Assembly (NCBI GenBank): GCA_964187785.1
Contig: OZ076409.1
Coordinates: 33,978,001 to 34,042,000 of the forward strand
DNA length: 64,000 nucleotides
Direction of reading: 5' to 3'
Source: Amphiscolops sp. MND2022
Lineage: Eukaryota
Shown: one piece after another, positions 41,461 through 54,243 of the stretch
How the letters are laid out: each line of letters opens with the position of its first letter
How positions within the stretch are numbered: position 1 is the stretch's first letter
The notes under the pieces: model-generated
The model's database searches: none
What the model was told of the DNA's origin: nothing
The model's input: only the letters and a program-made list of their open reading frames with translations
Translations under genes and position numbers: made by a program

Positions 41461-42026
41461 AACAAGCTGGGAATGACCCAAGTTGGCGGCCGCTCAAGGT
41501 TCAAAAGTTCAAAGTGTTTTGAACATGCGGAGAGACACAGCGCCGAAAATCACTCAAAAAACAAAAGAATTAAATTTTTGAAAAACGTCGACGATTTGTT
41601 CTCCGAAGAAATCTTATAGTGCCGAAAAACCGAAAAGGAGACCTCTCTAGTCGCAAAACACTTTTTCCAAGCCAAAACTGAAGGGGAACTATTTGACCAA
41701 ATGCTTTTTCCGGGAGAAAAAAACTGAACAGTGCTGGAGAAAAACCTAGGTCCTTTTCCAGAAAACTCTCATCAACCCCACTTGACCAAAACACAACCGA
41801 AGAGGTCAAAAGGAGACTCGGAAAACCGTTTACTTTGAACTAAAACTGTATTCCTCCTGGTTCTTAGACTTCTTCTCTGAGAAATCCTAGTTAACCTGTG
41901 AGTCAAGTGGCAGTTGGAAGTTAATAAAATCTGTAATAATTAGTTATTAATTAAATCTGTCACTTCGCGTTTCTGAAGAAAAGCATTTCTTATAGTCAGC
42001 TTCTACTTCGTAAGCCCCGACTAAAA
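41461..42026 (-). mobile_element. HINE-like copy (divergent)
   Basis: aacaagctgggaatgacccaagttggcggcc ... tatagtcagc...ccccgactaaaa. Confidence 0.6.
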
Positions 42027-42121
42027 AACTACATGGGAAGTTTCAGTCAAGTAACATCAAATTCCGTGTACATAGAAACAAGTCTGGAAAAGCCAAGTAG
42101 GAGGAGCATGTTTCAGGTTCA

Positions 42122-42468
42122 AACAACCCGGGACCGGCACAAGTCGGCGCCGTATCTAAGACTAAAAAATAGCAAAAGGACTTCAAAGTGTCAAAGTGTT
42201 TTCTTCTACAGCACCCGAAAATTTTTCTCGGAAAAAATCTCGCAATGCCGAAAAAACTGAAAAAGTGGACCCTTTGGTCTCATCTGCTATTGTATGTTAC
42301 GCGGGAAACTTTTTTGGTTCAGTTCCCTGGGCCAACAGGGGCAATTCAAATTTTTGTAGATAGAACTTTTGGTAGAACTATTTTGGTCACTTCAGGTGTA
42401 TCGAGAAAAAAAGCTGACGAAAAGCTATGAGTATAATCGACTCTTTTCAAGAAAAGCGCCGACTAAAA
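42122..42468 (-). mobile_element. HINE-like copy
   Basis: aacaacccgggaccggcacaagtcggcgccgtatctaag ... aaaagcgccgactaaaa. Confidence 0.72.
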
Positions 42469-42860
42469 AGCAAAGTCATTCGAGTATTTAGAGGCAACTC
42501 TCATCAAGCCACAAATTTTTCCCCAACTGAAAACATGACAAACCGCAATTTTACTTTATCAATCCGGGAACAAGCGTCTTGGGACAAGTGGGAGCGCTTT
42601 TTTCGAACCTCCGCCTCCCCTTGGCAAAACGAAATATAGTTCCGAGATAACGTCAAAACTTCGGATGTAGCGCATTATTTTTCCCAACTCCTCTTTAGTA
42701 AAACTCAACATACTTCGAATATAACGTCAACAATTCGAAAATAGTGTGATGGCTAGGTCAAACCGTCTTTCCGGTATAACCAATATTTGGTAAATCTGTT
42801 CCCCGTAAAAGTTGACGGATCATAGCTACTGGAGAAAAAAAACTAGTCACTCCAAAAACT

Positions 42861-43238
42861 AACAAGACGGGAACGTCCCAAGTCGGCGCCATATCTTAGG
42901 CTCAAAAATATTCAAGGAACAACTATTGTAAAAATTTGGAAAAAAAAAATTTCAAAAAAATTATTTTTGAAATTTTTTTTCGAAAAAAAGTATTTTTTAA
43001 GTCGCAAAATGCCGAAAAAAATCCAAAGGGGGGACCCTTTGGGCACGTCCGGTTGTGTATGTTTCCTTGAAAAAGTAAAAACTGAAAGGGGGACTGAAAG
43101 TTTGCCTTCTGCGCAGAATTGCAGAATTGTAAGAAAAGTGGACCACTCAGAGTGAGATTGTCAACTGAAAAAAACAAAAAAAAACTACTCACTGTAAGAG
43201 TCGGGCTTTTTTCCTTAAGGGAAAAGGCGCCGACTAAA
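42861..43238 (-). mobile_element. HINE-like copy (a second 5'-end-like motif follows, to about 43316)
   Basis: aacaagacgggaacgtcccaagtcggcgccatatc ... ctgtaagagtcgggc...ggcgccgactaaaa. Confidence 0.78.
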
Positions 43239-43402
43239 AATGAAGTCTGCGAGTTCAAGGATCGTGAAAGAAAACCACTGCTGCTAGTTTAAGTTTTCTA
43301 ACGAAAGCGCCAACTGACATGTCCACGCATCTTGTAATCACAGAAATATTCACAGAAATACGTTTTTTGGTTCTAAGCTATGGGGGAGCATGGCATAGTG
43401 AT

Positions 43403-43520
43403 GTGGGAGCATGGCATAGTGGTTAGAGCATTCGGCCTGTACTGGGGCGGTATCAGGTTCGAATCTCTCTCAACTCACCATTGTTGGGCCTTGAGCAAGT
43501 GTTTTATCCCTAGCTTAGTG
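43403..43520 (+). mobile_element. tRNA-derived SINE head with CORE-like motif
   Basis: A-box TGGCATAGTGG, B-box GGTTCGAATCT, then ccttgagcaag. The first ~18 bp are duplicated at 43383-43400. No intact cloverleaf. Confidence 0.65.
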
Positions 43521-45845
43521 GCATGGTCAATGACAAAAATAACCCATTTGGCAGAGAAAAGCAAAATAAAAAGAGCAACGGTGAACAGTCAGACCTTTGT
43601 GACCTTGAGCAGTCACTCTGAAAGCACAGCTTCAAGTCCACCATTGCTTGACCATTTGGCTTCAAATATGGTACCATAGCTTGCTATAGGGAGATAGTAT
43701 CCGAAAGGGCGCCGACTTAGAAAAGCAGAACTGCTGATTCGGCGTCCACCCCGCGGAATTGGGGAAATAAACATTCTTCTTTTTCTTCCGAAAACGTTCG
43801 AAAAAGAGTTTTTTGGCTTTAGTAGTAGGATTTGTCTAGCAATAAACACAATTTGTAATAAGGAAAACGCCTCAAATTGACACAAAAACTGTCAAAACAA
43901 ACAAAACTTTCCAAATATGGTCTTCTTCATGTAATTACTGTACAATTTCCTAGGAATTTCGTGGGTTAGAAGTTTCAAAATTTTCCGAAATAAAAGAACG
44001 AGGTATGCGGTACGCGTTTTTGAAGGAAACTTTACATGGTTTTGCTTCAAAAACACCTCCGAGTGAGTGCAAATGAGACTCGAAAATTCGAAACATTTCA
44101 GCATCTTCGTTTTAATGTAATGTGTACTTTTAGCTAAGTTTTGATGTCAGAAAACTGAAAACGTTCAACAATGATTCAACTCGTTATCCTGTCTTTTTCG
44201 AAGACATTTTTGCAGACGTTTAAAAGAAATTGCCTCAAGTCGACAACCAAAGTCAAAATTGACAAACTTTTTGCCGTTTTTTGACCTTGTACGTATTTAT
44301 TTTTCTGAGATTAGAAACATTTGGTGAAATAATTGCTTCAAAAAGCTCCATGTGCTATAACTAATCTCGCAGCACGTTGTTTGGAGAAAAATTTGCAGCT
44401 ATTTTTTGTGGATAGAACTTCCATTGACCTGAACTTCGAAAGAATAGGGTATTCAAAACGCAATTTGAGAAAAAAAATTGATAAAAGCCTGCAAGTTTGA
44501 CAACGAAGATGTCAGAAATTCCGAATTTTTTCAATTTTCGACAACATAGTCCCAATTTTGGATGCTTTCCGGATGTTCCCTTTCAACTCATATGCTCAAG
44601 ATTGAAACGTGTAGCTACCGGTATTGATTCAACTAGATATCGGACAAATTTTTTGCAGAAATTTTTTCCGACATCATTTGTGAAATGCTTAGTATTGCAT
44701 AAGCTCCCAGCTAAATCGCTATCAATTATCAATGCAGTACGCCTTTTAAATAAAGTATTTTTGCATCCTCTTTTATAGGAAGAAAACCTCAAAATGACCC
44801 AAAAATGATAAAAATGTCGACGTTTTCATCCAATGTTTGTAAAAGTTTCGAGCTTTTCCCTGGATTAGATTGATGTAATTATTCAACAACGACTCGGTAT
44901 TTAGTAGATTTAGGTTTTTAGAAGAGACATATGCAATTTATTGTTAGAAAAGTTCCTCAAAATGATTCCACAGTTGTCGAAAGTATCTATTTTCTTTCAA
45001 TTTTTGACCTTTTCGGTAACATTTTGTGCAGGAATATAAACGTTTGGTGTATTACGTACTGGTATCCACATAGTCCAACAACAGAACAATAAGGTACTTA
45101 GCGTTTTTATCAATTATAGGTTTCTTATAGACGAATCAAAACTTCCTTTTCTTCGAACTTCTTTGAATTTTCATAGTGCATTGGTTGCTCTTGAGCCTTA
45201 AAAGTCTTTGTATAACATTTTGGGGCGGAAAATGTCTCGCTGGTCAGAAGGCGTGTTGTAGGTATATGTGTTTAAAATTGTGCACGATGGCGAATCGAAA
45301 CAAGATCGCGTGTAATCTTATTGCATTACCGTGTGAGTTCGATCAACTTCTTTCATGGACTTGTAAATTTTTAAACATCATACATGGCATTATACTGCCT
45401 TGCTCGGAATGAACTGAGAAATGTTCTTTCCGTGTCTAAAAGTACATTTCAAGTGCAATAAGCTGTTCTTTTGAAACGTTCAGTTGTGATACACTGTTTT
45501 TCCTGCAGGGTTTCCATTTTTCCATGCATGGCTCAAGCAAGATTATGCTTGAAATCAACCCAGCATTACATGGGGCCACACATTGTTCGACAGCGAAAAA
45601 CGATGCCATTGATTGAGAAAAAAAACAATTGAGCCCGCAAATATTGAAAACATACCAGCTCGCTTGAATGTTTGAGGATCAGAATGCAAACTTTCACTCT
45701 ATTGTGTTAAGTTCATTTTGTTTGCAAACCAAGAATCAGTGGCGTTGCGTGTCGTAGTCGCTTGATATAACAAGCTAGTTGAATTTTGTACATGTTCATG
45801 ATAATTTCTGATTTACAGCATAGCATCTATGAGAAGGATTTTATA

Positions 45846-46197
45846 ATGATATCAGAAAATGTTATTCTGTGCTTCTTAACCCTTAGTTGTAATTGCTTGT
45901 TACTAGGAGCTAACGAAAACGTTAAACCACAAGAAAAACTTGAAGTTTCAAAACCTATTCATGTCGCAATTATAACCGGCTGTGATTCTCATTTTTCATA
46001 CACTGCACAATTAGCTTCGTCGCTGATCAGTTGGCCCTCAGTACCGAACAAATACCGCGTAACTTACGTCACGAGTGCCAATTGCAAGGAACGAGTTGAG
46101 TCACTGGGCGCCACTTTGCACGACACTGGTGTTTGGACTTACCCAATCACAGATCCCGATGTCGGTATCTTCGAGAGACTCAGCAACCTTTCCATGG
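45846..46197 (+). CDS. UGT: UDP-glycosyltransferase (UGT family) coding exon 1
   Basis: Signal peptide MISENVILCFLTLSCNCLLLG, then VAIITGCDSHF (catalytic His position) and RVTYVTS. Donor G|gtttgt, phase 1. Confidence 0.85.
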
Positions 46198-47881
46198 GTT
46201 TGTATGAACTCCCAATTATATGTACATTAGGATAAGGATAATGAATAATAATGCAGTATGAATAAGGAATAATACACTTCAATTCACTTCATAATTGAAA
46301 TCAGCAGAAACATTTCAGTGGTTAGTGCGTTTATGAGCCTTCCAAATCACATTGGTTTTTCTCCTAACCGCTGTGACAGGATTCAAATGCGTTTTTTAAT
46401 TAGGAAAGAACAGTTATTTTTTTAAAAAAAATCATTGACTGTCGTGAAGTGTCATTGATATTATTGCCGTTTTCACCGCATTTTAGTTTAAAAAGGATTG
46501 TTTCCAATTGCTTCTGTGACAATCCTGCAATAGTGGAGGCTAGGAAGATATGTTTTATCGCAACTTGAAACTTTCACTAAAAATGCTAAGAAATTTCACA
46601 GAAAACTATCAGAATAAGTGTAAAATTGCAGTAACGATGTATACAATACAAAATTAATATAGCAATAGGGTAACATTGGTATCGCGCCCAAGTTGAAAAA
46701 CAACCAACGGCAACGGAAAACTAATAAATTTATTCTGACTAGAAATCTAGGAACTGTTCTTTTCAGTTGTTGAGAAATGTTTCCGGGCTTTCGAACTCGA
46801 AATTTTTTATGCGTTGCGTTTTTGGGGCACCTATTACTTGGTGAACCAAGAAAAACGGAACTCACAAAAATTTTACTCTCAAACATTGTAATATGTGTAA
46901 GCAAGGCGCTGATAAGCGGTCACTTTTTCCTTCAAGCATTCGAAATGAAGCTTTCATTACGTAATCACACCTTCAACCCTTATAAACTTTCCAAGAGAGT
47001 CCAGACATCTTTACAAGTCATTTTGTTCGAACTTCTGATGTTTGAAAGTTCTTTGACACTCGAATGTGTGAAAGCAATGTTGTCAAATTAAATGATTGAT
47101 AAGGTGAATTTCAGCGTTCAAAGTTGTCTTGAAATGTTTGTTGACAAAAAGTTGACTTGTTCAGAGCTCAAAAATGTTTTTTGGTTCACCGATAGTCTTT
47201 GTTGAAGATTTGATTACGTCATGAAAGGATGATTGACAGAAAGTGAAAAATTATCAGTCTTTTGTTTTAAAAAATTACGGAATTTCATTGTGAATATTTT
47301 GTGCGTTCGGTTTTTTTTGGTTCACATAGTAGATGCTGACATGACCTCGACATTGAATCGCTCTGGAAATTTTCCGTTTGTCTGGACTTCTACAACATCC
47401 CATTAAGTAAGGGTCGACGCTTTTCTCAGTACAATGTTCATTTTCATGCAAAAATAGCAACACTGTCTGATTTTTCAGGACGTTTCCAGAAACAACGTTG
47501 GGAAACTCAGTATACTGTAATTGAGAGCAAACTTAACTTGGTGATACATAGTAGTACATACAACTTGTAGTTAATAGCACCAACGAACATGATAATCATA
47601 ACATGCACACGTGTTTTTGGGTAAAGCAGTGTTAAAAATACTGAATGAAAACTGTTGCTTGTTTTTTGTCGCATTCCAATGAGCGATTTTTAAATTAGGT
47701 TTTAAAGCTATAATGAGCTATAAATGAGCGATTTTAAAGCTATAAACAATTCTCACAAGGCTTTGGAGTGGCGGGGACTTTTCGCTACTCTTCAGGAGGT
47801 CACATCTGGTAGGGGGAGGTATTCTTCAGTATGGGTGTCTGGGGGGCGGGGTGTTGTTATTCAGGTTGGTTTTGTTTTTAG

Positions 47882-48286
47882 GTGTGCTCACTCACACCAT
47901 CAGTGGATTGGAAAGTTTGGTGAAGAAAGACCGCCCTGACATTGTCATAACAGAGCCTTATGGCGCAGTGGCTGGCACTGTGGCCGAGAGATACGATATC
48001 CCCTTTGTGACCGTGGCCGCTATATGCGTCCCCCCTCCTCGGGCTTGCAGAGATGGCTTGAAAGTTCCTGCCCCTTTGACGCGTTCTATTATCTTACACG
48101 AGAGCAACCCAACATGGCTTCTAACAGCAGCTTGTACCTTGTTTTACCACGTAGGAACTGTGGTATCGGAAATCATGATTTATGAAGCACACTTCAAGTT
48201 GAATGAAATTCGTCGACGTTACAACCAAGAACCGATGGATAATTTGATACATATGTTTTCCTATTATCCACTACTTTCCTTGTTGG
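47882..48286 (+). CDS. UGT: UGT coding exon 2
   Basis: tttttag...gttagt; RPDIVITEPYGAVAGTVAERYDIPFV; phase 1 to 1. Confidence 0.9.
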
Positions 48287-48344
48287 GTTAGTTTGTGAAA
48301 ACTGCATCTATGAAATAAGCTCGAGCCCTTGACTTGAAAGTTGA

Positions 48345-50123
48345 CCCAGGTTGACCAACATAATCGGAAATGATGAATCATACCATGTCATAGTGTGGTC
48401 ATGATGGAAAATGATTGTCATATTATGATCATAGTATGGTCATATAAAGAATAGCATGTCGGTGACTATGATCATAGTATGATTGAACATTTTGGAACAT
48501 TTTCCAAAATTTCGATTATCACCTACCGGTTATTATTGGAAAACGGCGCGCATCCATGAATCTTTTTATCAATGTTCTCTTTGAAGCCGTTGTTTCTGTT
48601 CTGTTATATGGGTTACCTTAATGACCCGGGTAGCATTGAGGACGCTTTTCGGCACCGCGTTTCCTGAAGCAGCTGTGATAGGTAGGATTTTTTGGGAACT
48701 CAGGAACGAATTTCAGGATTTCAAGATGGAAAAAGCGCTTATTTTAGATATGCATAATTCAGTCTCTATATTGATATACATAATTTGTATACTGTTCACT
48801 GTCTTCCCAGAGTTTTCGATGATTTTAGATCAAATTGTTCCAGGTTCTAGATCTGATTCCTATTTCAATAGCTCATTTCCATAATTTAGCAGCTATTTTG
48901 CCCAAGTTTTACATTATTCTCAATCTAGAGACAAAGTTATGCATAATTTAGATACTCTTCGCTGTCTTCACAGAGTTTTTGATGATTTTAGATCAAATTG
49001 ATCCAGGTTTTAGATCCGATTCCTCTTTCAGTTGCCGATTTCCATAATTTTGCATCTATTATGCCCAAGTTTTACATTTTGAGACCCAACGGAGGCCACG
49101 TTCTCGTCGTAGGTCTCGTCAAGTGGGGTAGGATTTTCGTTTTTGGGGGTATTTTTGGAATAACGATATTTTTGCATTTATACGTTAATCCACTTTTTAG
49201 ACGTTATTCCCGAATTTTTAGACGTTATTCTTCTTCTTTTCAGTTTAAATGTCTTCTCCCCCCAACATGATGATACACATGGCACTTGATTGATGACGAA
49301 GATCCATGATATCGGAAAGCGGAAAAAAGTTTAGATGTTATTCCGTTAGACGTTTCTCCCGGTGGACCTTTGGACGTTATTCCCCCTCCTAAATGTTATT
49401 CCCGCTCTACGGAATAACGTTTAAAGCCAAGTCATTCTTATTTCCAATCTTAATACATTGAATTTTAGACGTTTTTCCTGAATTTTTTTATACATTATTC
49501 CGAAACCCTTTCAGTCCTTATTTGCGCCCATACTAAAACTCAAGGTCTCTATATAGGGAATGGGCATGACTTGGCTTTAGAAGCTAATCCCGTTTTGCAT
49601 CATCGTTTTTGCGGATATCTCCAGTAATTGTATAACCCAAAAACTAGTTATTATGTATGGTCTAGTGTATCATTATAGTGTTCTTATGTTCTAGTGTTAT
49701 TTTGGTATAGTGTATCTAAATACAGATCTGAATGGTTTTCAAATAGTTTTGGTTTTGTACTTTTCTAGTTTTGAGACCCGAGGAGGCCACGTTCTCGTCG
49801 TGGGTCTCGTCAAGTGTGCTACAATGTATCTCACGAGCTGAGAGCCTCCCTAAAAATACAACATAAGGACTTCGGCAAGCAACTTTGGTGAACTATGTGC
49901 ACAGGTAGCTGCCATGTCCGACATTCTTACTACATTTTTTTCTCTTGAAACATGGTTTTCATAGTATGTTCATGATATGAAACATGATGGTCATAGTATG
50001 ACCATACTATGAAACATGGTCGCCATGGTAAGATCTTGGCAAGATCATGATCATGAAATGACCATGATCATAGTATGATCATACTATGATCATAGTATGG
50101 TGAGTATGTTTGGTCAACCTGGG
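48345..50123. mobile_element. Non-autonomous CMC/EnSpm-like DNA transposon in UGT intron 2
   Basis: TIR cccaggttgaccaa / ttggtcaacctggg, 2-bp TSD ga, and arrays of atcatagtatg subterminal repeats at both ends. Confidence 0.75.
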
Positions 50124-50339
50124 GAAACCTTTGAAAAAGCGGATTACTGGTAGTCAACACTTGCAACGATTTTGCGGTGAAAATTGGATACACAGATTTT
50201 TCCACGAAATGAGCATCAAATCTCAAAAGTCCTAATGTAACAATTTTAAAAAGAACTCAGATAGACTCTTCCTATACCCAAAACTGAGTTTCTAAAGGAA
50301 TTTTTGTTTTGGTATTGAAGTTTCAGCAAATGCTTTCAG

Positions 50340-50679
50340 GCAAACCTCTGTCACCAGATATCTATGACAATGACACAGTGTACCATATCGGAATTCTACC
50401 TGAAAATGTTACCCCAGACGAATCTGATTTGGCCAAAGAAGTTCAGCACTTCATCGATACAAGTGATAGACCTTTGATATTCATCTCTCTTGGAACATAT
50501 TACGCTTTCTCTGACGATTATGTGGGAACTACGTTGAAAGTCTTGGAAGAGCAGTCCCGGTACAATGTTCTGTGGTCTAACAAGCGATGGACTACCGAAG
50601 TGGAGAAAACAGTGAATCAAGAAAGATTTTTCATGCGCCCAAAGCTGCCTCAAAGGAAAATTCTGGAGTCTGGAAAAAT
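50340..50679 (+). CDS. UGT: UGT coding exon 3
   Basis: gctttcag acceptor; VYHIG, RPLIFISLGT, NVLWS, LPQRKIL. Donor AT|gttggt was chosen to match the phase of the next exon. Confidence 0.88.
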
Positions 50680-50725
50680 GTTGGTATTAGTACATTTTTT
50701 TAAAATTGAAATTGAAACTCATTAG

Positions 50726-51106
50726 CTGGTATGTAGAAACGTACGGGCTGAATTGAAATTACGGTTTACGGGGTATCGTCTACGGTTTACTGTTTCAGGG
50801 TACGGTTTGAAAAAACACGTTTGCTTCAGAAATATTCAAATTTCTTCATCAAAAATTTTTTATGTTATCAAAGCACTCGTCTTTCTTGCCCCAAAATGGC
50901 AAGTGAGGGAACGCCCTCTGCAAATTATAGCGTAAAAATGAAGTTTTTTCCACGATCCTTTAAGGGTGCTCTTATTTGAGAATGAAAAAGTTTATGGCGA
51001 CTGGAAACTCGCTCGACTGACGCGTATTTCTCAGGAAAGTGTACGGTTAGCTTTTTTACAACTACGGGTTTCGGTCCACGGTCTGAAAATCCCATACCCA
51101 CCCCAG
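50726..51106. mobile_element. Small non-autonomous DNA element, possibly hAT, in UGT intron 3
   Basis: 8-bp direct repeat ctcattag at 50718-50725 and 51107-51114; ctgg...ccag termini; repeated tacgg(tt) motifs near both ends. Confidence 0.6.
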
Positions 51107-51513
51107 CTCATTAGTTATTTTTACAGTTTGATGATTTTATTTTAGAAAGACTCTTTGGGAAGTTTAATAAATTGAAAATGTAATTCTCCATTGACAAAGA
51201 GGAATAACTTTTTCTCAAGTTAGTTGCAAATATGGAATCAGTATAAAACTTGTCGAAGATTACTGTGCTATGTTGCACTTTGATGTATAATTTAAATTAC
51301 CCTTATTTTGGGAGATCTAACGTCTTTTTAGCAAAAACTGTTTTTAGATAATTCTGGCTGTAAAAAGGAAAAGAAACTTCTGCTCTGATTTTTCTTTCAA
51401 CTTTTATTGCGTGCTCTGGGGCAATGATCTTGCTGTTCTGGTGAACACTGATAACATTTTTTAGAATTAACTTCATTTTTAACACTTTTAATTATGCAGT
51501 TCCGTTATTTCAG

Positions 51514-51982
51514 CAAAATATTCATCTCACATTGCGGTGTTAGCTCACTTGTTGAAAGCATACGGGCTGCTGTACCAGTGATTGGAGTTCCACAGGGAAG
51601 GGACCAGTTTGTTCTTGCTCAGAAACTTCAAAGTGCTAAAATTGGAATTGAACTGACGAGCGAACCAGACACTGAAGATTTACTTCAAGCAATGAGAACC
51701 ATTGAAACACATTGGAACTTCTATCAACAGAATTTGAAAATTTCTTTGCATCAATTAACTAACAACTCTGTAGAGAATTTGGAGCGTGTCATTGACGCGT
51801 TTGTTGAAAGAGGTCATGTTGTGACCTTTAAAAGTGGCTCCTTGTTCCCAACTTATCAAGCGTTTTTATTGATTGCAGTGGTACTCTCAACTGTAATCAC
51901 GGTGTCAGTTTTGGTATCACTTGGTTTGCTCCGACTGTGTTGCTTCAAGAGAACAAGGATGAAAAAGGGAAAGTCAGACTAA
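51514..51982 (+). CDS. UGT: UGT coding exon 4 (sugar-donor signature, TM helix, ER-retrieval tail)
   Basis: FISHCGVSSLVESIRAAVPVIGVPQGRDQ, C-terminal hydrophobic helix and KGKSD (KxKxx). The four exons sum to 1566 nt, giving 521 aa. Confidence 0.93.
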
Positions 51983-52107
51983 CACTCTTTTGAAATTGAT
52001 TGCTTTCAAATTTTCATCATCCTGAATTAACTCATTGTCTAACGGGTTTCAGCTGAATTTTCAACGCCGCATTTTGTACATTTTTCAGATGTTTTCAAGA
52101 ATTTTTG

Positions 52108-53895
52108 CATTACGTTGAAATGCTTATCGGAAAGTTTCGAACAAAACACTTTCTTGTCGAAAAGCTTAACACCAATAATTTCTTGGCGGCAATTTCACTT
52201 TCTATGAAAAATTCACAGTGATTTGCAATATTGTATAGATCCTTATAGGAAAATTGCTTATCTTCCAACCTCAGTTGTTTGACACCGAAAAATAACGCAA
52301 TTATCTAAACCAAGCAAAATACAACAGATCTGCAAAACAGTTGATATAGTGCAAATAGTCTTCAAAAAGTTTCTCCAAAACTTCGACACTGGTTACATTC
52401 GAACAAACCCACCTTCCTAACGGCATCATTCAACATAAGTCGTATTCAGCACGTTTTTTTTCTTTATATAAGAAAAGGTTTTAAATATAGTCCACTTTGG
52501 AAGCGTCAACAACCTGACTAAAATAAAAACCTTTAGTCTCTTCTAATTTTGCAAACATAAAACAACCCAGTTTAAATTGTATCAATTTTACAGTGCCGAA
52601 AACACCCTAAAATATACGGATAAGGCTCGAAAACCGCGCTTCCCCTAACTTGAAAGAAGCTTTTTTCTGACAAAAATCGGACTTTTACTCGGGAAAAGTA
52701 TCAAAAGTACCAAAAAACTATCAAGGAGACCCATTAAATTCGCAAAACGTTTTTTCACCACTAAAAAATTTTCAAAAGTGAACTCTTTCAAAAAATTCCC
52801 ACAGTGCTGCTAAAAGCCATTACGTTGAAATGCTCATCGGAAAGTTTCGAACAAAACACCTTTTTGTCGAAAAGCTCAACACCAATAGTTTCTTGTCGGC
52901 AATTTCACTTTCTATGCAAGATTCACAGTGATTTGCAATATTTTATAGATGCTTAAGATGCTTATAGGAAAATTGCTTCTTCCAACCTCAGTTGTTTGAC
53001 ACCGAAAAATAACGCAATTATCTGAACCAAGCAAAGAACAACAGATCTGCAAAACAGTTGATATAGTGCATATAGTCTTCAAAAAGTTTCTCCAAAACTT
53101 CGACACTGGTTACATTCGAACAAACCCACCTTCCTAACGGCATCATTCAACATAAGTCGTATTCAGCACGTTTTTTTTCTTTATATAAGAAAAGGTTTTA
53201 AATATAGTCCACTTTGGAAGCGTCAACAACCTGACTAAAATAAAAACCTTTAGTCTCTTCTAATTTTGCAAACATAAAACAACCCAGTTTAAATTGTATC
53301 AATTTTACAGTGCCGAAAACACCCTAAAATATACGGATAAGGCTCGAAAACCGCGCTTCCCCTAACTTGAAAGAAGCTTTTTTCTGACAAAAATCGGACT
53401 TTTACTCGGGAAAAGTATCAAAAGTACCAAAAAACTATCAAGGAGACCCATTAAATTCGCAAAACGTTTTTTCACCACTAAAAAATTTTCAAAAGTGAAC
53501 TCTTTCAAAAAATTCCCACAGTGCTGCTAAAAGCCATTACGTTGAAATGCTCATCGGAAAGTTTCGAACAAAACACCTTTTTGTCGAAAAGCTCAACACC
53601 AATAGTTTCTTGTCGGCAATTTCACTTTCTATGCAAGATTCACAGTGATTTGCAATATTTTATAGATGCTTAAGATGCTTATAGGAAAATTGCTTCTTCC
53701 AACCTCAGTTGTTTGACACCGAAAAATAACGCAATTATCTGAACCAAGCAAAGAACAACAGATCTGCAAAACAGTTGATATAGTGCATATAGTCTTCAAA
53801 AAGTTTCTCCAAAACTTCGACACTGGTTTTATTTGAACAAATCCACCTTGCTAACGGCATCATTCAACATAATTCGTATTCAGCACGTTTTTTTC
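52108..53895 (+). repeat. Tandem repeat, unit 710-717 bp, about 2.5 copies
   Basis: cattacgttgaaatgc starts near 52108, 52818 and 53535; the ORF track shows identical peptides 717 bp apart. Confidence 0.93.
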
Positions 53896-54183
53896 TGCCG
53901 AAAATTGTAATGGGAGGACAATAAAAATTTTCACAAAAAATTTTCTCAAAAATCGAAACAAGCCAATAAATTTTTGTCGAGTGCAAGACTCGAACCTACG
54001 TCTTTCTTTTTTTTCAGACCTCACAAATTCCGGATTAAGCTCTGTGCCGGTTGGCAGTAGAAATTAGAAGTCACTATGCAATAGTTTATGAAACCTATGA
54101 AATCTAACAGTTCCTCTCTGTCTCAAAAACAATTTAAAAGTTTACCACAAAAATCGGCCCTTTCTCTGTGCTGACTAAAACAG

Positions 54184-54243
54184 CCAGGCAAAGGTTTTGA
54201 ACCTACGTGAGCGTTTCCCACGGTCCTTAGTCATTACACCAGG
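54184..54243 (-). mobile_element. tRNA-derived SINE-like head (degenerate)
   Basis: Minus strand TGGTGTAATGA...GGTTCAAAACC with A/B-box spacing. Confidence 0.4.

Noticed and set aside
43403..43475. Functional tRNA gene
   Set aside because: A and B boxes are present, but there is no acceptor stem or cloverleaf and a SINE-like body follows.
48370..48485. CRISPR-like short repeats (atcatagtatg)
   Set aside because: Irregular, without unique spacers, mirrored at the other end of a TIR element, and in a eukaryotic context.
52912..53823. Duplicated 64-aa ORFs as genes
   Set aside because: By-product of the 717-bp tandem repeat; no coding features.
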